Assembly: GCF_006345805.1 (NCBI RefSeq)
Contig: NC_043001.1
Coordinates: forward strand, 48,484,001-48,548,000
Direction: 5' to 3'
Source: Octopus sinensis
Lineage: Eukaryota
DNA: 64,000 bases
The notes under the pieces are model-generated. The model worked only from the letters and a program-made list of their open reading frames with translations, ran no database searches and was not told the DNA's origin. Shown in pieces: positions 1-11,508 of this stretch. How positions within the stretch are numbered: position 1 is the stretch's first letter; every line of letters begins with the position of its first letter. Position numbers and translations under genes: made by a program.

Positions 1-639
1 AAACACATATACACTCGCTCAAATATATAAATATATTTTACACAAACACAAACATACATACACGCACAAACATTCACATTCCTCCCGTTTGCACGCACAC
101 ACACATACTCACAGTTGAAGCGCTGTTTGATTTTTGTTTCACCGTTGACTTTTAACCATCCGACTTCCATCGGTGGATCACCCCTTCCTTTCTCATTCAT
201 ATGTTGTGACGAAGTATTATTATAAAAGATTATTATAGTAGAAAATACACGACACTCCCTTTGCCATTTCCTCTCGCCCATTTCTTTTACTTTCTCTCAC
301 TCCCTCTCAGTCATGGTTATTACACTCACTACTTTTCCTCCACTGAATTACTATTTTCTTTCCTCTCTTTTCACCCCTACTGCGTGATTTTGGACATCAG
401 CATGGCCGCAGCTCTAAACTGAAACTAGAGAAAATATATATATATACAACTATATAAAAACACTACGCTCAGTATTATATTACATTATATATTAATTTAT
501 CTTTGAAGCCACTATTGTTATAATAAAGGGCAGCTTTCTCAAAAATATTTTTGGAATAAGAGCAGTTACACACTCTGTTACTGATATTAGCTATCAGATT
601 TTTAAATACTATAGGAGGGTGACAAGCCTGTTTATATAT

Positions 640-930
640 ATATGTGAGTTTCTCATTAAGCTTATGGAAAGGTTTACACGAGGAGTTTAAATCAAGAGAA
701 ATCTCTCAATAATCAACTATACAGAGATTAGGAACTACTATAATTTTAATTCCTAATTGATTAAAGTTAGAAATTAGTTGCTTCCTAAATTTACCGAGGA
801 TTTGACCATCACACCCATGGAAAATATCCAAACCGTCGTCACGGTAAAAGCCTTCACTTTCATCGCTACCTGGTGGTTACCGCCCGTTGACGAGGGACAA
901 CAATCCCGAAACTAGTTCGAGCGTATCACT
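640..930 (+). mobile_element. Possible 3' end / pseudo-LTR remnant of a second Penelope-like element
   Basis: Decayed reading ERFTRGV*IKRNLSIINYTE loosely resembles a PLE GIY-YIG C-terminus and is followed by the hammerhead motif at 881-923. Confidence 0.3.
881..923 (+). ncRNA. Degenerate minimal type I hammerhead ribozyme
   Basis: Stem I CGCCCG/CGAGCG (5 of 6 paired), core TTGACGA (C3U variant of CUGANGA), stem II GGGA-caacaa-TCCC, GAAA, palindromic stem III ACTAGT. Confidence 0.6.
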
Positions 931-1119
931 CAGGCTTGCGAGGAAGGGATGGCCTCCCTTTGCAAATAATCCAAGGACACTGATATTGTGTCTAAAGCCA
1001 GCTTGTTATATTCCAGATGCTTACTTTTGAAATACCATTTATAAGTTTTCCGAGATGGATATTAGAAGCTACTTAAATAATTAATCATTCTCTATTGAAC
1101 ATTTTTCCTGTATTTCCTG

Positions 1120-1775
1120 ATAGCTTTTCCAAATCTATGGTTACATCTAATAAATAAGCACCGGATACTTCGTAATTAATCTTTGTTTGGATAGTATTAT
1201 ACACAAAGTCTCTTCGAAACAAAGATTGCATAATCTGGAATTTGCAACCTATGGGCATGCAATTTTTATTACGAACCAGGAAATGCAGTGCTGAATCTTT
1301 TTTTTGTGTCAGATTCCAGATTACGTAGGCCAGGGATGTGTTGTGTCTTTTGTTTATACGTTTGAATGACGTGACGTGGTTGCGTCATCGATTTTTTAAA
1401 GATATCAAATGTTCCACCTAAATATAAGTATTCTTTTGCTATAGTCCGAACAGTGAATCTGTATAAAATGTGTTTACAATGACATTCATTTCCTACAGAA
1501 CATATGGCTCTATTTCTAAAATTACATTTTTTCATATTATTATAAATATGATCATTATTCGCATTATCCAAGTTACTACTATTGGTATTATTGTTATCAT
1601 TATTGTTGTTGGTATTATTAACATTATAATTGCTATTGCCACCGTTATTATTATTACCACTATTATTACTACCATTATTATTGCTATTACTATTATTATT
1701 GTTGATGTTGTTGTTGCTATTCTTCTTCATCTTCTTCTTCTTCTTCTTCTTCTTCTTCTTCTTCTCTTCTTCTTC

Positions 1776-1837
<62 letters not shown>

Positions 1838-3108
1838 ACCATTCTCGTTATTATTATTCTAATTATCTGTATAACTTACACTATTATTGTTATTGTTAAT
1901 TTCGATAACACCATTTCCTTTTTAGTTTATTTATATTTTCATGGTTCATGATATAATCAATTTTATTAGTAACGATTCTATAATATCTACCTTTTCTAGC
2001 ATTCGAATATCTTTTAGAATTCCCATTATTTATGTCTTTGTTATTGCCTAGCAATTTCAAATATCTTGGGTTGGTTTTTCTATTCTCATTACTACCAAAC
2101 TTATCGTTAATATTATTATTTACTTGGCTGAGTTTCAAGTTATAAAATTTATTAGTATAGTATTCAGAGTTGTATGGTGATGCATACGATAGTTCTACCG
2201 TGTGTTTGTTGAAGATATTGTAATATTCATTGGATTTTGAGAAATGCTTGTCCACTGCACTGTAAAAACCATTTCAAATTTAGATGATACCTGGAATCCC
2301 AATGCAGGATTATACCACAATACACCGCTCCTATCAGACTTCATATTAGGGAGACTATTATAGCCATTACGATTTAAACATTCAAATAGAAATTTCCATT
2401 TAATTTACTTTTAATTTTCTCTTTTACATTCATATTGCTTAAATTTCTCCGACAATTTAATTGTACTGAATCCTTCTATACATTAGTTTTATCCCCAATT
2501 TTATAAGTAGCACTATCATTACTGTTGTTCAAAGAGGATTTAGTATACACTTTATTTGTAGTGTTCGTAATGCTCTTTCAAGTTACCCGATGTTTCGTAT
2601 TCTGCCTATTATTATATGGCTTCATATTGTCATTGTTAGAATTTCCTTCTACTCTATTACTAAGCATATCTAATGTTTTCCCCTATATCCATCTCTCACA
2701 AATGCAACTTTCCATCATGATAGGAAGTCCGAAATTTTTAAAGAACTTAATGAATTCAAACAGTTTTTTCCTATTTCTCTCCAGTTCCACTTTGCTATAT
2801 CTATCTAAAGTGAAGAGAGCATCATCCCTATTTAAACCTTCCCCTAATTTAGGATACCAAAACTCCATTTGGAAAAGAATATGTATGCCAACAGGGTCCA
2901 TGGCCAGAACGGTGTCATTGAGTCCCTTTATTATATCGAAGTTAACTATTCTCTCAGAACGTGTCCAGAGTTTATTTTCATAATCTATTAGTGATTCGTG
3001 TTCAGCAAGAATGATGTCAGCATCAGATTGAAAGAAATCAGAGTTTTTCGTAAAATTCAGATCCATATTTAAAGTGTTGAATTTATAGAAGTAACTATGG
3101 ATGTCCAT
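1120..3108 (-). mobile_element. Decayed, 5'-truncated Penelope-like retroelement (RT + GIY-YIG endonuclease)
   Basis: Collinear PLE motifs: DIHSYFY, IILAEHESL, FDIIKG..DPVGIHIL, GLNRDD (YRDD equivalent), VLWYNP, DKHF..IFNKHTVELSY, CNFRNRAICSVGNEC, LYRFTV..YLGGT, CNLCFEE, RCNH; several stops and frameshifts. Confidence 0.9.
1540..1900. repeat. Compound (ATT)n/(CTT)n trinucleotide tract inside the PLE linker
   Basis: Direct sequence. Confidence 0.95.
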
Positions 3109-3109
3109 A

Positions 3110-3480
3110 TGATTACAGCAGCTGAAATCAAGCCGGCTATGGACAAGATGGAAAGTGGAAAAGCGACGGGAAATGACAATATCACGTTTGAGCTAGTAAA
3201 TGCTTTGGGGAGTTTTGGAGCAGAAAAATTAACATAGATAACGAACCATGATTACAACTCGGGGGATGTTCCTGAGGAAATGCTGGAATCAGTTTTCATT
3301 GCCTTGCCTAAAATGTCTGGAACAATCTAGTGCAACAATCACAGAACGATAAGCCTAATGAGTCATGTGACAAAGGTTATTTTGAGAGTGAAGTTGAATC
3401 AAGTAAAATGTACTATTAGGGGAAACCTATCTGATGAACACTTCGACTATCGAACATAAAAGAGGACGAGAAATGCAATT
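3110..3480 (+). mobile_element. RTE/BovB-like LINE reverse transcriptase fragment
   Basis: Translates to KMESGKATGNDNI..SVFIALPK..CNNHRTISLMSHVTKVILRV..RTRNAI with stops. Confidence 0.9.
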
Positions 3481-3709
3481 GATGATTAAATTTCAATTAA
3501 ATATAACATTTGATCACTTGTTTTCTTTATTCAAAATTCGAACAGAACTTATGGGATGACCCGTTAAACAAAATGGCATTACTTTTTGATTCACCCTCGT
3601 ATAAAGTGATCCATTAAAGAAAGTATTAGTAGCTCTCGTTCTAATAGTGTATATTAATTATGTTATATACATATATCATATAAATATTATATATATATAT
3701 ATATATATA

Positions 3710-3756
<47 letters not shown>

Positions 3757-3854
3757 CAAAATAAGCAACAAGGATATCGTCCAACACTACTCTCGGTTCA
3801 CTCCAATTTTTTTTTCTATTATGTGGGTATATATATATATATATATTATATATA

Positions 3855-4335
3855 TGGTGGCTGCCCCCTCGTTATCGAGTATGGCCATTGCACGAAGCTT
3901 AATCAATGTTGTTATCGTGCAATGCCTGTACAAGAAGATTCTTTTAAGTGAGGAAAGGTTGTGCACTGAGTCAATCCCACTCACTAAGCAACAGCAGCCA
4001 TAATCCGAAAAGAAGAACAAGTCAACATCAACGGTAACCACTGACCCGCAGGTTTTATAACGGAGTTATCCCAGTTACCTGAGTTACCTTCTCCTAGAAG
4101 GATGCCCTAACAAAGGCTAGGAGTCTTTCACTCCCAATGGTTTAACCGCGCGATCGGGTATTCAGTCCGATTATTTATATGTCCCTGCGCATGATACAGC
4201 CTTAAGACATTTATTAGATGGCCTTTGACTCTCAAGAGTTCCTCCGCCCTTTGACGGGTATTGTTTTTCATCCAATAAACACCCTCCTCACCAAGAAAGC
4301 TTGGTGGGGTTGCCGATTTAGTCGCCGATGTACCG
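3855..4335 (-). mobile_element. Probable RTE-like LINE 5' UTR fragment
   Basis: Minus-strand TAGCCTT..GGGCATCCTTCTAGGAGAAGG..ACTC segment resembles RTE 5' UTRs (from recall); GC-richer than flanks. Confidence 0.4.
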
Positions 4336-4344
4336 ACCATACAT

Positions 4345-4622
4345 ATATATATTATATATATATACACACATACATACATACATACATACATGCATACACT
4401 TAATAGAAAAAATTTGGAGTCAACCCGAAGAGTGTAGGGCTGGACATTTATATATGTACATACATATATGTATATGTATATGTGTGTGTGTATGTATATA
4501 TATATATATAATTATATATATATATATATATAGATATATATATTATACACACATATATACATATATATACATATATATATACATACATATATACATATAC
4601 ATATACATATATATATCTATAC

Positions 4623-4683
<61 letters not shown>

Positions 4684-4690
4684 ATATAAA
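4345..4690. repeat. Compound (TA)n/(CATA)n/(TG)n microsatellite
   Basis: Direct sequence. Confidence 0.95.
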
Positions 4691-5139
4691 CTATTAGTTC
4701 TAAATCTCTGAACTAGAGACATACAGCAACAGTACTTTAGTGTACTATACACATAGGCGTGTGTAAGAATGTAAGTATGTGTGTGTACAGGAAACAAAGA
4801 AAGGAGTGCAAGTGTGTAAGTGTTTATATGTGTGTATGTACATGTATGTATATAACTGAACGTTTAAACATAAAAATATACAAGACATAGACAGGCATGA
4901 ATATTTATTACAAAGTTATACTGCCATTCATTTATAAATGTGCTTTCATACTAATGTCAAAGAAAATATGCATATATCAAATGATGAAAGGAGTATTTGA
5001 ATTAGTTTTGAAATAATTAATAATGCATACTGGAATGTAAGAATAAGTGTTCTGTAGAACTGCAACCAAATGCGCCGGCGGTAGCCCTTAGGGTTTCAGA
5101 GGTACTTTCCCAAGACAGTTCTCCAGACAGTTAGTAATT

Positions 5140-5167
5140 AAGGACAGACAGACAGATAGATAGATAA

Positions 5168-5220
<53 letters not shown>

Positions 5221-5320
5221 CACATGTGTATGTATATATATATATATACATACACACATACATACATACACACACACATACATACATACATACACATACA
5301 TACATACATACATACATACA

Positions 5321-5356
<36 letters not shown>

Positions 5357-5362
5357 TATATA
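5140..5362. repeat. (TAGA)n + (CATA)n microsatellite
   Basis: Direct sequence. Confidence 0.95.
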
Positions 5363-5363
5363 T

Positions 5364-5533
5364 AAGGAATACCAGATAAGCCACCCATAATTGGATACAA
5401 CTCACCCAACAAAAACTCACTACTTGAATGGACCATAAACAAAACTTGACTTAAACAGGATTCAAATAATCCTATCAGGTGGTGCTATTAAGTTAGACAG
5501 GGCCTGGACCAATCATTGGTCGAAACATATCTA

Positions 5534-5538
<5 letters not shown>
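5364..5538 (+). mobile_element. CR1-type LINE 3' end fragment
   Basis: Matches the reverse complement of the 3' end of the CR1 element at 42388-42560 (GGATACAACTCAC, CAGGTGGTGCTATTAAGTTAGAC, GAAACATATCTAAG). Confidence 0.75.
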
Positions 5539-5564
<26 letters not shown>

Positions 5565-6045
5565 GCATACGTGCTTATAATTTTTGTTAAGATATATGTT
5601 GCGACTCTTGTACATAAAAATAGTAACGTGATTCATTATGAAACAACATGGCCTTCCCTGTGCAAGGAATTACGACTAAATAGTCATTGCAAGACGGCAC
5701 CCATTTAATAGGTACCGGCTATGTGACATGGAGATGGTAGTAGCCTTCCTTGTATTATTGTAAAATTTAAAGGAATGTTATTAACTGTAACATGCTTCAC
5801 GACTGGTAAAGCTGTAAAACAAAAATAAAATCGGAATGCTTTTAATGGAGAAATCCAATTCTGTCACTCATGCTACAATATATATTTACTCACCTATATC
5901 TATATTAATTACACGTGCACGCACACATACATACATACATACATACATACATACATACATACATACATACATACATACATACATACATACATACATACAT
6001 ACATACATACACTTTGCAAAAGTCTTTAGCTTATGATATGAATTT

Positions 6046-6440
6046 AGGCGGCGAGCTGGCAGAACCGTTAGTAAGCCGGTGAAATGCGTAGCAGTATTTC
6101 GTCTGCCGTGACGTTCTGAGTTCGAATTCCGTCGAAGTCGACTTTGCCTTTCATCCTTTCTGGGTCGATAAATTAAGTACCAGTTGCGCACTGGGATCGA
6201 TGTAATCGACTTAATCCATTGTCTGGTCTTGTTTGTCCCCTATGTGTTTAGACCCTTGTGGGTAGTAAAGAAATAGGTATTTCGTCTGACTTTATGTTCT
6301 TAGTTCAAATTCCGCCGAGGTTGACTTTGCCTTTCATCCTTTCGCGTCGATAAATTAAGTACCAGTTGCGTACTGGGGTTGATCTAATCGACTGGCCTCC
6401 CTCCCCTAAAATCTCAGGCCTTGTGCCTAGAGTAGAAAAG
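6046..6440 (+). mobile_element. SINE family A (tRNA-like head, Deu/Nin-like core), dimeric form
   Basis: A-box TGGCAGAACCG, B-box GAGTTCGAATTCC, core CTTTGCCTTTCATCCTTTC..GATAAATTAAGTACCAG present twice; many copies in window. Confidence 0.85.
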
Positions 6441-7356
6441 ATTATAATATGAATTTATCCTGAATTAAATGAGGAACACATTCACATTTTTATCAAAATA
6501 TCTCACCGGTTTCAATTGTTTAAGCCTATTTAGTCATACAATAAGAAAACGGAAAATAAATTCAATTAGATTAGATTAATGTTTTATAACAATCGCTTTG
6601 AACGGTCAGACGTTTTTCTTATACAATTCACATGATAGTAGTTGTTCGTTTCCTTTCGCTGGCTGGTGGTAATATCTGTAAAACAGTTTCAGCAATGGTA
6701 GTTGTCTTTCGTCCCTTACTAGCAATGTTGATACTAAGTACACTATTCTAAATCATTTAAGTCTTACTATGATGGTGGAAGAAGTCGTATTGTGATATTG
6801 GGAGAAGTCGTATTATGGTGCTGGAAGTAGTATTGTGATTATGTCATTAGTGCGTGCAATAGTATTTGTCGTAATAGTAGTAGCTGTAATAGTCTCACTA
6901 ATCGAATCAGTAGTTGTAATAATGATGGAGTGGTAGAGCCATATCTGTAGTTTGGTTTTTCTCTTCACTTTAATTTTGTTGTACGATGTTGCTTCTCCAT
7001 TCTTGTATACTTTGTTGACTCTCCTCACTTTTAATACCTTTACTATTATTACTTTCTAAACGATTTAATCACATTTCAATTCCGAATATTTGATAAAGAA
7101 AGGTATCTTATTCCCTAGTCAAACGAAGTTTCCTAGCTACACTTTCTTCTTGTCATTCCTTCTTAGGAACTCTATATATTTATAGATTTTGTAACGCAGC
7201 AGGAATTGCATTTTTTTAATGTCTTTGCAATTTAATCACGTATATATTTTATTCAATAATTTATATTTTATAATTTTATCGCATCTATGCTTCAGTCAAT
7301 ATTTTTTATGACGAAGACGTCTTTTCACAATAAGAGAATATTTTTTTCCTGCATGT

Positions 7357-7492
7357 AGGCCCAGACATGGCTGAGTGATAAGAAGCTTCCTTCACGAATA
7401 TGTGGTTTTTGGTTCAGTTCCACTGCGCGGCACAATTGGAAAGTTTCAACTACAGACTCAGACCGACCCAGGACTTGTGAGTGGATTTGGTA
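7357..7492 (+). mobile_element. SINE family B 5' portion
   Basis: Diverged match to 18004-18150. Confidence 0.7.
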
Positions 7493-7586
7493 TATATATA
7501 TAATATATATATACTCATACTATACATATATCTGTACATTTACATATATATATATATATATTATATATATATATTATATTATATAG

Positions 7587-7619
<33 letters not shown>

Positions 7620-7623
7620 TATA

Positions 7624-8851
7624 TTGGTCATCCCTTAAATAGTGCGGTTTTTCATACTTCTTTTATTTTTCAAAATTAAGATAAGTAAAGTTCTTTTTTA
7701 ATCTAAAATATACTCTCTTTCGTTTTCTACAATGGTCTTCCATCTATCTGGTAGACTTGCAAGGCCCTTCTCCAAGATTCACTTGTCCGTAACGAAAAAT
7801 ACTTCTCCAGTACTGTTCTGACCTCATCTACATAATTCATATTTTTTCTGTTCAAATAATTTTGAAGACTGCAGAATAAATGATAATCAGACGGAGCAAT
7901 GTCCTGCGAATGTGGTGCGTTGGGCAACTTTTCCCATTCAAACTGCTCCAGCTTTGGAATGTCATCATCGCTGTATGTGGCCGAGCATTATCCTGATGGA
8001 AGAGCACCTTTCATCTTAAATCCAAAGATGGTCGTTTTTCTTCTGGCGCTGACTTAAACCGCTCATACTGTTCCCCTAGATCTCCTTTGTTATCGTTTGG
8101 TTGGGATTTAAAAGTTCAAAGTGGATTCAATCTTTCCATACCCCATCAAACAGATAACAACACCTTACGTAGGTGAATACCTTCTTTAGCCTGAGGTGTC
8201 AGTGTTTCTCCCTTCCCTATCCACTGTTTTCGACGCTTGACATTTTTATAGTGAACCCATTTTTCGTCACTAGTCACTATTTGGTCCAAAAATGTTCATT
8301 CATGAAACGTGATGGCAAAGAAGAGCACAAACTCACTCTCTGCGCGTGATTAGACTCGGAAAGTTTGAGAGGAATCCATTGACCCAATTTACTGACTGTT
8401 CCGATGGAACGTAGGTGCCGATGAATGGTTGAATGACCAAATCCAAACTTCTTTGCTGGTTCTTCAACAGTTACGATGGGATTTTGTTCCACCAGAGTTT
8501 GCAGGACGTCCTCATCGAGCAGTACGAGGCTCGTTTTCTAGGCGGTAGTTTTCGGCTCGGAATTTCTGGAACCACCGTTAACACTGGCTGACGTTTATTA
8601 TCCGATCCCGATATACTGCATTAATATTCCTCGCACTTGTTGCCTTTATTGAACTCATAAATCAAAATATACCGAATATACTCCTTTGTCGCTTCCATTA
8701 TAGCTTTGAAAAATTACTGTTAAAATCGAACCGCACTCTTCAAAGCTTGCACTAAGAATAAGGACACGTTGACGCAGGTAGGTTTTCCCGTCCCCCTCCG
8801 ACTTTTAGTTCATACAACTGAAAAAACCGCATTATTTATGGGATAACCCAA
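7624..8851 (-). mobile_element. Near full-length decayed mariner transposon
   Basis: ~30 bp TIRs (TTGGTCATCCCTTAAATAGTGCGGTTTTT vs TTGGGTTATCCCATAAATAATGCGGTTTTT), TA flanks, motifs WIPLKL, HQDNARPH, DIAPSDYHLF; frameshifted. Confidence 0.92.
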
Positions 8852-8888
8852 TATATACACACATATATATATGTGTGTGTGTGTGAGT

Positions 8889-9133
8889 GTAGAGGCGTGT
8901 GACTTAGTAGTTAAGGTGTTGGACTCATTATTGTAAGACTGTGATTTCGATTCTTGGATCAGGCGACGCGTTGTGTTCTTAAGCAAAACACTTCATTTCC
9001 CGGTGCTCCAGTCTACACAACTGGCAAAACGGAATAATCTTACGACGGACCGGTGTCCCATCCAGGTGATAATATATACGCCATTGAAACCGGGAAACCG
9101 ACCTGCATGAGCCTGGCATGACTCGAGAAAGGA
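8889..9133 (+). mobile_element. SINE family C (tRNA head, V-like central domain)
   Basis: TTAGTAGTTAAGG A-box, TTCGATTC B-box, TGTGTTCTTAAGCAAAACACTTCATTTC domain; related copies at 13252 and 29519. Confidence 0.8.
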
Positions 9134-9201
9134 AACTTTTTTAATATATATACATATATATATACATACATACATACATACATATATATATATATATATG
9201 C

Positions 9202-9270
<69 letters not shown>

Positions 9271-9894
9271 CATGCATACATACATGTGCATACATACATG
9301 TGCTTACATATATACATAAATACGTACATATATATACATATGGACTCTGGAAGGTAAATGAAGAAAAGGGGGCAACAAATTCCAGAGAAAGAAACCATGC
9401 GGTGTTGGTCGCCATGTCTGGTCGCTGTCCTAATCAGGTTTCCCAGGTTTTCCCTCTCATTTACTCACTATCCGAAGAAGTACGATATCCAAAACGATAT
9501 AGCCACTCTCTGCTTTCCATCAAGTGTCAACTTTTTAAAAAAACATTGATTGTGAACTTCACGTCTCTTTCTTCTTAGTATTTTCTTTTTATTTCTTTTT
9601 ATTTTGTTAATGAACCATTGATGGGCCATGGTACGTTTTAAATGATGACTTGCACCAACAGACAGTTTGTCTTATATACATGACACACGTACGGAGAACT
9701 TGCAAATTTTTCCCGTCATTTACTTCAATCATTGGAGATGCCTAATCGTCTTTGTCTTTATATTGTCCTAAATGTTTAAGCAGCACTTGTAGCCTATGAA
9801 GAAATTATTATTTTATCGTGAAAAATATCAGCTTTATTTTGTTATGTATAACGGAAAAGTGTCATCTTTCCACAGCCAGCAAATGAACGTGACA

Positions 9895-10260
9895 CTTGTT
9901 TACTGATCATGCTTCAAGAATCCTGCAGAATAGTCTTTTAATCCCAAGCAATGATGATTTTTGTAGATGTTCTATTTTTACATTCGTTCCAATCTTTTTG
10001 AGCCATGCTGGTAGTGGGGTACTGATACTTCCAAATGCACCAATCACCATTGGTATCATATCTACTTTCTTCCATATTTAGCAGTATTGCTTGCTAACAG
10101 TGAGCTGTATAGAAACTATCAGCTTATCGAATTTCTTTGCAACATCGATATGGGAAAAAGTATATCACTCTCGATGCCAATAAATTGTTATTGTATCTTA
10201 TCATATACTGTCCACTTTTTGTTCTTTATACTAACTGTCTATTTCTTGTAGTTTACAAAC
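9895..10260 (-). mobile_element. R4/Dong-like LINE C-terminal fragment
   Basis: HIDVA..IWKKVDMIPMVIGAFG..LKKIG..LQKSSLLG. Confidence 0.75.
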
Positions 10261-11127
10261 CTCCTACACTCAGGGATCTGAGTGTAGGAGGTTTATACAT
10301 ACATACATACATACATACATACATACATACATACATACATACATACATACATACATACATCTGTATTAACTACATCCGAAAGATGGAGCCTTGTATCTTT
10401 GTTGGAAACCGGCTCCCTCCTCAGTGAAAGATTTATTACAATTAAAAAATAGAAAAGACATACATAGTATACATACCAACATACATGTCTATATATCGAT
10501 GTGTATATATATGTGTGTGTTTGTATGTATGTATGCATGTATGTATGGATATGTGTATGCACCGCAATTCACTTGTTACCACTCGATATTTAAATAATCT
10601 CCCAGTTACTTTAGATAATTTGAATGTTGGGAAAATTGCAAAGAATAGTTATAAGAGAACAACAACTCGGTCTCTCTATTCCTGGATTTCGAAAGACTTA
10701 GTTAACAATAATGCAAATTTAGTTTTGGGCCTGTTCCCTGGAGTACGTAACAATTGATTTGTTTTCGTGTTAGCTAGCGTGGGAGTTTAAGATTACATAA
10801 ATTCACTGCTATTTATTGCAGTCCTGTACTTGCATCAACTCCTCTCTTTGAACCAGCACCCCTCTCTCTCTTCTCTTCCTCTCCTCTCTCTTTCTCTTCC
10901 TCTTCTCTCTCTTTCTCCTCTCTCTCTCTCTCTCTCTCTCTATCTCTGCAGTGGTCAAACATGGAGGGTGATTGGTTTCACCAACTCTAAAAGTGGATAA
11001 GACACGCTATATGTTGCGACAGTACTCGTACGACTGGTTCAGACATAAGGTCCCAAAACAACACATATACACATACCCCCCCCCACACACCACACGCATA
11101 CATACGTATATATATATATGTATATAT

Positions 11128-11435
11128 ATCACGTGATCACGTGACCGACCAGGCTATCAGATGTTGCTACACATCGATGGTCACAATGCGCTTCGCATTG
11201 TTTTATCCTTCAAATGACGCCACCCCGCTGGCTAAGTGAGCAGGCCAACAGAAGAGGAGTGAACAGAAAGTTGTGGCGAAAGAGTACAGCAGGGATCGCC
11301 ACCACCCCCTGCCGGAGGCTCGTGGAGCTTTTGGCGTTTTCACTCAATAAACACTCATAACGCCCGATCTGAGAATCGAAACCGCGATCCTAAGATCGCG
11401 AGTCCGCTGCCCTAACCACTGGGCCATTGCGCCTC

Positions 11436-11438
<3 letters not shown>
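11128..11438 (-). mobile_element. tRNA-headed SINE with RTE-type 3' tail
   Basis: Head GTGGAGGCGCAATGGCCCAGTGGTTAGG..GGTTTCGATTC; tail GTGACCA..CTGGTCGGTCACGTGATCACGTGAT resembles the RTE 3' end at 52260-52330. Confidence 0.85.

Positions 11439-11508
<70 letters not shown>

Noticed and set aside
1120-1540. Selenocysteine-using (Naiad-like) PLE
   Set aside because: The Cys-rich GIY-YIG layout recalls that group, but the conserved Cys positions here are TGT/TGC (one TTT), not in-frame TGA, and I saw no SECIS
5480-5538. GACCA/TGGTC hairpin plus GAAAC resembling a hammerhead (also 42390-42440, minus)
   Set aside because: No CUGANGA core in either copy; better explained as the CR1 3' UTR stem-loop
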